A stretch of DNA of 64,000 nucleotides from Histomonas meleagridis 2922-C6/04-290x (taxonomy: Eukaryota > Protista > Parabasalia), in assembly GCA_020184695.1 (NCBI GenBank), contig JAANOX010000037.1:62001-126000 (forward strand), in the 5' to 3' direction. Positions 1 to 10,185 of the stretch are shown here, piece by piece; position 1 is the first letter of the stretch, and each line of letters opens with the position of its first letter. Under the pieces are notes generated by a model that did not search any database, had not been told where the DNA came from, and saw only the letters and a list, made by a program, of their open reading frames with translations. Made by a program: the position numbers and the translations under genes.

Positions 1-274
1 CCATCTTGAAAACATGTTTTTTTGTTTTTATTTGCGCTTCAACGTTGTGATCGTTGAAGCCGCATTCAAATTTCTGTACAGTTGTGTCAAAACTCGACTT
101 TTTGTGTTAAAAATTATCGTAGTTCTTCGTTTGGGTTGTAATCGGAATTCCGATTTTTTTTTAGCATATTTTGAATTATAAAAATCAAAAAGAATCATAT
201 TTCCCATAAACCACAAATTATAGTTTAAGTTGATTGAAAAAAGAAAAAAAATTGATGTGTCTGTTTACTAATTA

Positions 275-1351
275 TCATTTTTCTTGATATGGAAGTAGTT
301 GCGAATCATCTATATTTTGGTTATTATCATATGTTACGCCGAACCTTTCGAAGTTCTCCAAGAAATACAAACTCACCATTGCGTTAAAGGTGCATGATGC
401 CAAATAAGTAATGAACGAGATGTACATATTTTGATTATCCAATAAGTATAGAAACAACATGTATACCGGAAAGAATTGTTCTGCAAAATAAATGTAATAG
501 AGGAAAAGTTGGAATTTTTGATATTTAACACCGAACTTAATGTATGTGAACATTAAAACAACAATAATTCCAACAATGAAAATGATCCATCGAACGATGT
601 TATTAGTTAAAAAAATACAGAAAAGGCTAATCGCTAGAGCAATGATAGGAAATATTAAAAGGAAAATAACTTTTTCGATGTTATTAAATAAATTCGGTAT
701 TGCTTTGATGATATTATAATTAAGCGAAACAATAAGAAATAAATAAAATGGTATTGAATATACAAAAAGATATTCAATTTGTGTTTCTTTAATATGTCGT
801 TGATATACAAGGACACTGATTATAAGAAACGTGATAACTTGGAGCAAAACAATAACATATGGAGCGATTTTCAGAAACGTGAATTCCATTCTTTTCCTAT
901 AATAAAAATAAAGAATAATAGCAGAAGAAATAATCATAAAAACACAAATAGAACATGTGTAAATTATCCAATCTTGACGATAATCAGAACTATTTCCTAA
1001 TATTTGAAACTTGACATGAAGTGGAATATTAATTTCTGTTTCGCAATAATAGTAATTAACATAATGGTATTTCTCTTTTTCAGAAAATAAGATTAAAAAT
1101 GTTGAATGAGTTTTGTTGACTGAAAAACTGTAAGAAGCAAGAGAGCATAAAGGATCCTGATAAGGAATCAAATCAACATCTGCACCAATGTCAACAGATA
1201 TATCAGAAATATTTGGATCTTCAAATGTAAAAGTTGAGGCTAATATAGCATTTTTGCGAAATCCATAATCGCCAAACGTAACTACAGATTTCGCTGCAGA
1301 AAGTTCTTGATCATATTTTAGTATAAGCAAAAATGTGATAGGATTTAGCAT
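275..1351 (-). CDS. Hypothetical multi-pass membrane protein (signal-like N-terminus, about 7 hydrophobic segments in the C-terminal half)
   Basis: ORF track 275..1402; likely start MLNPITFLLIL at 1351; repeated F/I/L/Y-rich segments. No family recognised. Confidence 0.65.
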   Translation of the reverse strand: MLNPITFLLILKYDQELSAAKSVVTFGDYGFRKNAILASTFTFEDPNISDISVDIGADVDLIPYQDPLCSLASYSFSVNKTHSTFLILFSEKEKYHYVNYYYCETEINIPLHVKFQILGNSSDYRQDWIIYTCSICVFMIISSAIILYFYYRKRMEFTFLKIAPYVIVLLQVITFLIISVLVYQRHIKETQIEYLFVYSIPFYLFLIVSLNYNIIKAIPNLFNNIEKVIFLLIFPIIALAISLFCIFLTNNIVRWIIFIVGIIVVLMFTYIKFGVKYQKFQLFLYYIYFAEQFFPVYMLFLYLLDNQNMYISFITYLASCTFNAMVSLYFLENFERFGVTYDNNQNIDDSQLLPYQEK

Positions 1352-1633
1352 ATATAATTTTGGAAAAAACAAGCATCCAAATGGACGGTTGAACCGATTC
1401 AAAAAAAAAATTCAATGGTATAAAATCTCCTTTTCGATAGAAAATTATATCGTTGTGTTAAAAATTTCAATGTTCATTACATATAGTACCGTCTCTTTGG
1501 TGTGAAAACGTCGCTTTTGTCGCGAAAACACGTCATAGCAACGTTTATTCAAATTTATGTTCAAAAATAGGTGAGCAAACTTATTTCAAATATCTCAATA
1601 AATAATACAGATTTGATTCACTAACCAAATTTA

Positions 1634-3336
1634 AAGGTACTAACACCTTTTGCACTTTTTCAGAAATTTACATAAAAAAAATTAAAATCTTTTGATAGAC
1701 TAAATATAAGAAAAAATGTTTAATAAATATATATAATATATGCAATTCAATTATTATGAATAAATTTTAAGTCTGAGAATTTGATCAGGTGAGATGTTAT
1801 GCGCACTTTTTCAGATTTTAATTTTTTTCATTGAATTTTAGCTATTTTATAAATTTTTGATGTTTACTCAAAGATACTCTCTGGGAAGTATCCTTTGTTA
1901 ATAAAACCCCAGTTCGTGTTTAATCTTTACTGTGATAGATTGGATTTATCAAAATTAATATTCCAGATCTCAGAAAACTCGAATGAATTTCCAATATTTT
2001 CCTCATCAAAAATTATTCTCCTTATATTTTCATTAAGGTCAGTAGATATACCAGCTCTTTCAAAGCTAGAACGAACGTTAATACTGGTCGTAACTTGTTC
2101 ATATGCCCTAAAAACCTTTTCAGCTAATGCTGCAACATCATTCAAGGTTTGTTTTGATGTGAGACCTCTTTTAACATTTTTAAGTGCACCAAATATAATC
2201 AAATCAAGCATATGAAAAAGGTTAGATGTATGCGGATAAAATGTTATAACAATTATTCGATTTTCGGCAAGAATTTGCAAAATTTCAGGATTTCAATGTG
2301 AAGAATGATTGTCCATGAATAAAACAGCAAACTCATCTGAAAACCCTTCAATACTTCGCTGATTATCAACAATGGGAATAAATACATTTGCAATATAATC
2401 ATAAAATATTTCTTTTTTCACGTATGAAAAATTTTATAACGAAATTTTCAGGTCAATTCCATTTCTTATACCTGTACGAAAGATATCATAAACTTGTAGG
2501 TCAGAAGCAATTGTCATTGGAGTTATGGCATCACCTGCTGCGTATATACAAGAAATTAATGTTTGATGCCTAATTGAACGTTTTACAGGTACCATAACAA
2601 GTGTATGACACATATTTCTTGGTGCTATAACCGATTTTATCTTTCTCTCTTCCCATTCGCTTGTACCCATTTCATCTATGTTAAAAACCAGTTCGGCTGC
2701 TTTCCCAACAACATATTTCTTTATATTTTCAATATGCTTATCTAGAAATTCTCTAGGCACATTCAATCTTGTGTTCTCTTGAGGAATAGCTTTGGTGAAT
2801 CCAATTTGATCTTTGTAATTCTCAAAAAATCCAGCGAGCCATCCTTTTGTAACTTTATTGCCAAATTTTGTCTTTGTGTGCAATAATTCTTGTTTCGTTA
2901 GGAATTCGTTTTTTTCTGCCATTTCGATTATATACTCAATTATTTGATTTTCTTCTTCATCATTTAAAATTCTGGGGCGCCCTAATTCATTTTTCGTATT
3001 TTTTGCTTATTTTCTAATATTTGCTATAACCCCATGACTTACATCGAATATTTCTTCAAGTTTTTTGTTGTCAAGCAAAATATGACACACATTTTCACAA
3101 TATTCACGGAGAAAAAGTACTTGGTCATTTCGAAATTGTCATGATTGAAATTCCGGATTTCTTAATAATGCCCTTATATCTACATCCTTAAAATAGTTCC
3201 CTTCAGTCGTTCTTTAAATTCATCAATTGGAATTGCAGGTGTCTTGAACGCATCGCTTGATTTCATCATTTTTCAAAATAAAAAGTGACAAAAAAGTGCA
3301 AAAGGGGTTAGTACCAATAAATTCGGTGAGTACCTT
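1634..3336. mobile_element. pogo/Tc5-like (DDE_1) DNA transposon, defective, with TIRs and a TTA target-site duplication
   Basis: GGTACTAACACCTTTTGCACTTTTT (1636-1660) matches the reverse complement of 3291-3315 at 24/25. Outer termini AAGGTACT (1634) and AGTACCTT (3329-3336) are both flanked by TTA (1631-1633, 3337-3339). Transposase remnants lie inside. Confidence 0.8.
1927..3269 (-). pseudogene. DDE_1 (pogo/Tc5-type) transposase pseudogene, DD35D
   Basis: Fragments: HTH-like LGRPRILNDEEE, then VFNIDEMG, LFMDNHSSH* and YPHTSNLFHMLD..FGALK, with 35 residues between the 2nd and 3rd Asp. Several stops and frameshifts (ORFs 2434..2922, 1927..2280). Confidence 0.85.
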
Positions 3337-3781
3337 TTAATTCAAATCTGTAAGTTTTGGAAAGTTAAACCTTGTCACTAATCTAAAGTATATATATACA
3401 TAAATATTTTTGAATATCAGACTACATTAAAATTTTGAAATTTCATTTTTGTTTTAAGAATATTTCCACTTTTTTTTGTTGTCCAGAAGATTTGAATGTT
3501 GATATTTAACCAAGAGATGAAATTCTATAAGTAATATATTCTATAATCTTTAAAAAATAACTACATAAAAAGATACACATTACCACATATTGTTCATTTT
3601 GCACAAAGTCCATGAGGCACCTTCTTGCACATACTAACAATAAAAAAATAAAGTTCCACATTTTGTTTTACATGTAATATATAAATTAAGTAATTTTGTC
3701 TTACAAATTTTACAAAATATGTATTTTTTTCTGAACTCAAATTGTAAATCATATCTGTAAAAATTCACTACATGACGATCG

Positions 3782-5694
3782 TTGTTTGAAAAGTTTGCCT
3801 GTCATTTTCCGATTGAAAAATTGGAAGTTGCTCGTAAAGCATTACAAAAGAAGAAACAGGAAAAGGAAATACGCAAAATTAAAAGCCTGTTAGTTTCATA
3901 TCAAGAAAGAATAAAAATTTTAGAAAGTGTTGTAAAAAGGATATCACCAAATTCAATGCCACCTAAAGGCAATTCGCAACAAAGGGAATGGTTTTCGGCG
4001 TTTGAGAACATCAATGATGAAAAATTGAGTGATCAGATTGAAATTTCTTTCGGTGAGAAAATTTTATCAGAAATATTCAAGGTTTAATGAGAATGGACGT
4101 AGGTACAGTGATGTTATGCTCAAGCTTTCTTTCATTATTAGATGTCTCGGTCCAAAGTCATATGATTACCTCAGAAATATTTTGGCATTACCTTCAAGGC
4201 AAACATTAGAAAATCACTCTGGTAGTTTTACTAAGGGATGGAGAGATGTGCTGATGGATGTTGAATCAATTAAGATTTTGGTAAATTTATTTCGTAATAT
4301 GAATAACATTCCTAAAAGTCAATTGATTGATTCTGTGATAGGAATAGATGCCATGTCAATTGAGCCTATATTCGATTGTAATGCTGGAACTAATATTGAA
4401 AACAAAAAGCAATCAAACAATGTTTTAATGATGAATTTAATGCCTCTTGATCCACAGTACAAACAATTGCCCATTCATATAATGACAAAAGATAATGGAT
4501 CTGCAGATCTTAATATTAAAAAGAGAATAAACAAAGTCATTGAGAAGCTCAAAGAAGTAGGAGTAAATGTGCTTTATAAAGCAACTGATGGTGACAAAGG
4601 TTATATGGAATGGCATTGGGACTTTCTTAGCAAGTGGTGGCAATTGTATCAAACGGAAGGAATTAATGCAGCAGTTGAATACGTGAGTTCATTATCAGAA
4701 ATTCCAATAGCTGATCCTTTGCATCTTGGAAAAAATATGCGCAGCAGAATTTTAAATAGCTCTGTTTCATTAAGAATAGATGGGAAAAATGCTTTTTCGG
4801 CACCTGACATGGCGCAAATTTTGAATTTTGGAGATGCTCTTACTGACAAATCTTCAATGGGGAAAATGAAGGATTTATATGTTTTCGAGATTTTTGATTT
4901 TCAAATTTTTTTTGAATTGATGAAACAAAGACAATTTAGTATGGCTTTGTATATATTGCCATTTGCAGCTTGGTTTGAAGCGTTAAGAAATCCGAGTTTA
5001 ACTTTTCAAGCAAGAATTAGAGTTTTTAGAGTTTATTTTCCACATTTTTGCTCTGCATCGTAAATGGGTTGAAAATCTTGCACCAGGTGTTACACAAAAT
5101 AAAAAAAAGCAAGGGGTTCAATATTATTGCAGTAAGTCATGTTTGACAAGGATCTTAAACATATTGATAGCGATGATAACTGAAAAAATAAAAAAACCAG
5201 AATCCCTTGCTTTAGATTGTATGCGAACACATTCCCTAGAGTGCTTATTTGGACAAGTTCGCTTGCTTTGCAACTACAAACATACCCTAGGCAGAGTGAT
5301 TAAAAGCATATCAAAAGTATTGATTGTGAAGAGCCTAGTAACAGAGTTGAATCTGCCTCTTAAGATAAGAAATAGGATTAATATAAAAGGTGTGAAAATG
5401 ACTGGTTCAGCGCATGAGAACATCTGAATAAAGAGATCAGATGAATATGTACAATATTTTCTTCAAACATTGTACATATTCATCAATGAAGAAGTTTGTC
5501 CATATTTAAATCAGGGAATTCCTGAACAAAGTTTAATTACGTTCAATGAATATATGAATTGGCTTCATGAAACGTATCGCACATGGGAGCTACATGGGCA
5601 AAGTTTGGAGAAGTGCTACAAGGGAAGCCGTGTTTCCAATTTGACGATTATATCTAGATTAATTAATTTTAAGAGAGAAGATGAATTCATATAA
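3782..5694 (+). mobile_element. P-element/THAP9-like transposase, disrupted
   Basis: Motifs GPKSYDYLRNILALPSRQTL, IGIDAMSI, ATDG, DPLHLGKNMRSR and HSLECLFGQVR. Frameshifts near 4080 and 5045, in-frame TGA at 5425-5427. No TIRs found. Confidence 0.75.
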
Positions 5695-6117
5695 AAAATT
5701 CAAAATTTATTTATTTGTGAATTTAAAAAATATACTTATAGTTTAAGCTATCCACAACAACAAATTTTCTAATTTCATCCAAAAAAAAAGAATCATTCAA
5801 ATAGAGCCTGGCTTTTTCAGTGAAATACGATCACAACCACAGGGGTGGGTTGGAATGTGATTGAATAGTTAACATCGAAATTGAATGATTTTTGTGAATT
5901 TAAAAAATATTAATAAAAACTGAATGCAAAAACAGGTTGAATAGAAAATGAAATGAATGGTTTACCAAAGGGTAGGGAACAAAGTATCGATCATTCAAAA
6001 AATGGAACCCTGCTTCGACTTGGTCAATTTATTGTTAAATCGAATGCATAAAGTCAAGTGCATGCTTAATATAGAAGTCTAACTTAAGGCAGGTTCTAAT
6101 TTATAATTTATAATAAA

Positions 6118-6277
6118 GGAATTGATGTTAATGCAAAAACTATTCATTTTAATAATTTGAAACATGTTTTAATAATTTGAAACAGCACTTCATATAGCAG
6201 TCATAAATAATAATATGGAAATAGTACAATTACTTTTAGATAAAGAAATTAATATCAAAACAATTTTGTCCACTTAA
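6118..6277 (+). pseudogene. Orphan 3' end of a split-ankyrin array (GIDVNAKT, 40-nt spacer, terminal cassette TALHIAVINNNMEIVQLLLDKEINIKTILST*)
   Basis: Manual translation. Spacer 6142-6181. Same subfamily as the 28.9-30.5 kb array. Confidence 0.8.
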
Positions 6278-6559
6278 GGATGATGTTATAAATTAATTTA
6301 TCTGAAAGACGTAATTTTGTTATAAAGTAATAGATTGTATCTTCTACTGCTTCTCGAACTTCAGATGTTATAAGCGCTGGACTTTGTTCATTTGGTGTAT
6401 TAAGTACTAGCCAAAAGATTAATTTATGACTGCATCAGTTTTAAGTTCTTGTTTCTTTTTAAAAACACATGTCCCTCTAAAATTAATAAAAAAATCCGAT
6501 CTTCCTAAATCTTTAGTCTGAACAGGATGCTCCAGTAGAATTGAACTAATTCATTTTGT

Positions 6560-7150
6560 TCTTTTTGCATTGCTTTGTCAAGTAAATCACTAAATAATTG
6601 GATTGATCTAAAAATATTATTTGGAAACATAAATTCATGAAACTAAATATGAATATTATAAATAAGAATTCCTTCTTTGTCAAGTAATAATTTAATTATT
6701 TTTGAATGGCCTTTTTGAGCTCTCATGAGTGCCGTAAAAAATATTCTAAACAAATTCCAAATCTTATATTAAAATATCAAATTATTAAAATAAATTCTGA
6801 ACAAAACAAATAAATATCTTTAGCATTATTCCTTCTTGTTCTAGAAGTAAAAGAAATGTTTCTGTTTTACTTTTTTTTGATGCAAGTATACATACTGTTT
6901 AAAATGATTGAAATAATTTCAAAATGTTTTTTGAAATATGAAACGATTAAGATGAATATAACATAAAATATAAAAAGATTTTTACAATTGACATTAATTT
7001 CTTTGTGCTCACGAATTAATTTAAAGACTTTTGTTTTGCTATATTTAGATGCACTTAGGAATACTGTATTAAATATTTCACAATTATTATATTGAAATAT
7101 AAAATTATTGAAGCAAATTTTATCAATAATTTTTTCTTGAATTCGATATC
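6560..7150 (-). pseudogene. Degenerate split-ankyrin cassette array
   Basis: Minus-strand cassettes start at 7067 (TVFLSASKYSKTKVFKLIREHKEINVNCKN), 6898 (TVCILASKKSKTETFLLLLEQEGI, 7-nt deletion) and 6735 (TALMRAQKGHSKIIKLLLDKEGI). Spacers of 79 and 80 nt match the consensus. Confidence 0.7.
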
Positions 7151-7377
7151 TGCAGGATTCATACCTATGTTTTTTTGTTCAAAAAAAATAATTTTACATA
7201 TGTAGATAGATAATTTTTTTTTGACATTATCATATTTAATACTTAAAACATTTTACATTTTAAAGATACTATCATAATTAAATTTCGATATGGAAATTCA
7301 CATCCTAGAAATTTTCTAATGTCACTTTTGTTATTACACATAAAGGTGCAAAAAGATAAAAATATAACAAATCAAAA

Positions 7378-8562
7378 ATGAATGAAACACTTCAAAATAT
7401 CAAACAAATAATATTTAGTTTAGACAAAGAAAATATTATTCGCTCAATAAACTTAATAATTAACAAATTTGATCATACTCATCCATATTCATTTAATTTA
7501 ATCATTATTCATATGTTATACATTTCATTTATTTTGGAAGTAAAAGATTATGGAATATATATAAAATTCATAATGGAAATTCAAAAATTCGAAGAAAATA
7601 AAAAAATCAAACCAGCATTTAATAAAATTTTGAAGAATTATCTATTATGCAGACAATATGAGCATGAATCTTTTTATCTTCTTGATAAATTGATTGAATG
7701 TAGTTTTATTGAACCATACATTTTCAAAGATATAGCATATTTTATACATCGTTTTCCAAAAAAAGGCTATCAAATCGTAATTTCAGATAAATTTCATAGA
7801 AAAATCGCGGAAAATTATGAAGAATTATCAAAGAATGATTGGGAGCTTCATAAGAAATTAATTGAAGAAGGAGTGAATCCAAATGAAATTGCTAAAATGA
7901 TTCGAAATAATGAAATAGAAAAACTTCAAGAAATATCATCACAACCAAATTTTGATTTTAATCAAACAATAGAACCATCACTTTATGAAAGATGTTCTTT
8001 TATTAGCCAAAGTAATGTTACATTAATTGATTATGCAGCATTTTTTTCTTCTGTTAAATGCTTTAAATATTTACTTATGAATGGTGCAAATGTATATAAT
8101 GCAGGTAAATATGCAGTTGCAGGTGGAAATCTTGAAATTATTCATTTATGTCAACAAAATCATGTATCATTTAAAGATGCATATGAAACTGCAATTCAGT
8201 TTCATAAAAATAATATTTTTAAATATCTTTATGAAAATAAAATTTTAATAGTCAATAGTTCCGAAAAATTAGGTGCTAAATGTATCAAATATTATAACTA
8301 TGAACTTTTTACATTTTTAGAAAAAGAAGGAATGGATGTCACCAATTATATTATTAATAAAACAGCAAAAATTGGGAATTTGTATCTTGTAAAATATTTT
8401 CTTCATAATCATCAAATTCCAAATGATATCATAGTTTCTTCAATAAAATCACAAAATATTGAACTTATAAAATTTCTTTTGATGCAAAAAGGGTTTGATA
8501 TTAATGCTAAAAATATATATTTATTTTATTTATTATTTATTTCAATTTTTTTATATTTCTAA
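7378..8562 (+). CDS. DUF3447-type ankyrin-repeat protein, first coding block of split locus C
   Basis: LIDYAAFFSSVKCFKYL, AVAGGNLEIIHLCQQ and AIQFHKNNIFKYL are typical of the trichomonad DUF3447/ankyrin family. The ORF ends inside the first spacer. Confidence 0.85.
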   Translation: MNETLQNIKQIIFSLDKENIIRSINLIINKFDHTHPYSFNLIIIHMLYISFILEVKDYGIYIKFIMEIQKFEENKKIKPAFNKILKNYLLCRQYEHESFYLLDKLIECSFIEPYIFKDIAYFIHRFPKKGYQIVISDKFHRKIAENYEELSKNDWELHKKLIEEGVNPNEIAKMIRNNEIEKLQEISSQPNFDFNQTIEPSLYERCSFISQSNVTLIDYAAFFSSVKCFKYLLMNGANVYNAGKYAVAGGNLEIIHLCQQNHVSFKDAYETAIQFHKNNIFKYLYENKILIVNSSEKLGAKCIKYYNYELFTFLEKEGMDVTNYIINKTAKIGNLYLVKYFLHNHQIPNDIIVSSIKSQNIELIKFLLMQKGFDINAKNIYLFYLLFISIFLYF

Positions 8563-9500
8563 ATAATATTTGGAAAATATTTAATTTATTTGAAACAGCA
8601 CTTATTTATGCATCTAAAAAAGGTTATACAAAAATAGTTAAATTACTTCTTGAGCAAGAAGGAATTGATATTAATGCAAAAAATATTTATTTGTTTCATA
8701 TATTATTTATTTTAATAATTTGATATTTTAAAATAATATATGGATATTATTTATATAATTTAGAACAGCACTTATAATTGCAACTTTTTATCATCGCATA
8801 AAAATAATTGAAATGCTTCTTAATCAAAAAGAAATCGATTTAAATGTTAAAGATATTTCTTTACTTTATTGATTAAATAATTTGATTATTTGATGTTTAA
8901 AAATAATATTTCAAAATTATTTATATAATATAGGACTGCATTTATGTCTGCAATTCTAGAAGGTGATTGTGAATGTGTGCAATTATTTATCGAAAAAGAA
9001 GGAATTGATATTAATACCTTTGATAATTATTTTACTTATGTGAAATTTAATAAAATAATTTTATGATTTAAAATAATATTTGGAAATTGTTTATATTATT
9101 TAGAACACCACTTATGTTAGCATCTGAAAAAGGTAAAACTGAAATAATAAAATTACTTCTTAAACAAAATGTTATTAACATCAATTCTAAAAATATTTTT
9201 TTGTTTCATGTAATGTGTAATCAAATTGTTTGATGGTTCAAAATAATATATGGAAATTTTTTCAATTATTTAAAACAGCACTTATTATAGCGTCTGAAAA
9301 AGGCTTCCCTGAAATTGTTAAATTACTTCTGTTTCAAAAAGGAATTAATATAAATGTTATAGATATTTATTCATTTAATTCAATATATATTTTAATAATT
9401 TAATATTTCATTCTAATTTTTGGAAATTAATCAAATTATTTAAAACAGCTTATGCATATGCAACTCAAAAACGCAACATTAAAATTTGTTGCATACTATT
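8515..9500 (+). repeat. Split-ankyrin array C: six 80-nt spacers alternating with 90-nt ankyrin cassettes, exact 170-nt period
   Basis: Cassette Thr codons at 8595, 8765, 8935, 9105, 9275 and 9445. The five internal cassettes are stop-free. Confidence 0.95.
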
Positions 9501-9525
9501 TTTCTGTTTGCCAAAAGTTTTATAT

Positions 9526-9810
9526 CTAATGTTTTCTTGTATTTCTCTTTTTGTTGTTATTTTTTTGAGCTTTAGGTGGGTTTTTCTTGGCTTTTTTAGC
9601 TTGTGGAAGTTGTATACTAACACTCATGTTAGTGTCAATTCCACTTTGTTGAAGAAGTAAATTTATTATTTCAGTATTGCCTTTTTCAGTTGTTAAAATG
9701 AATGATGTTTTAAATGTTCCAAACAATTTCCGAATATTATTTTAGAATTTTTGATATTTTCAAATTGAATATTCTTTTTTGTTTTAAAAGTAATTTGAAA
9801 ATTTCAATTT
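9526..9810 (-). pseudogene. Orphan ankyrin cassette remnant, convergent with array C
   Basis: Minus strand: EIFKLLLKQK, a partial spacer ending TAATATTCGGAAATTGTTTGGAACATTTAA, then TSFILTTEKGNTEIINLLLQQSGIDTN (cassette 9619-9708). Confidence 0.65.
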
Positions 9811-10185
9811 TATTACTTCTAATTGCGAGAATAATAAATTCATGAAATATAATTTTGGATCGATTTTTTGAAAAATTTAATTTTTTTCAGTCATTCATAA
9901 TTAATTACATATATTTTATATTATATTGATCTGAAACATAGTAAAAAAGAAAATTAATTCAATTTTTTTTTTCTTCAATTTGTGTAAAAAAATATTATGA
10001 AGAGAAAAAAAGATTTTATTATTGACTTTTCGTTTGATTTCAAACAAAAATAACAAGGCATTTCGAAGTAATAGTAAAGTCGATTATTACCATATGAAGT
10101 CATTAAGAATAATATTAACAATGCTTAAAAAAATCCGAAAAATTAGAAAAAAATTTCATTCTCTAACACGATAAACAAAATTTAT

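Noticed and set aside
28-216. 62-aa minus-strand ORF
   Set aside because: Short, with no recognisable homology; probably incidental.
8511-8765. Simple -1 programmed frameshift (a T TTT TTA slippery site and an open -1 frame exist in the first spacer of locus C)
   Set aside because: The next spacer has stops in both relevant frames (TAA at 8729 and 8756), and other spacers need 0 or +1 shifts (60, 40, 160 nt), so a single frameshift cannot be general.
8515-9500. Stop-codon reassignment as the explanation of the split genes
   Set aside because: Housekeeping genes here end normally in TAA/TGA with no internal stops, and most spacers also change frame.
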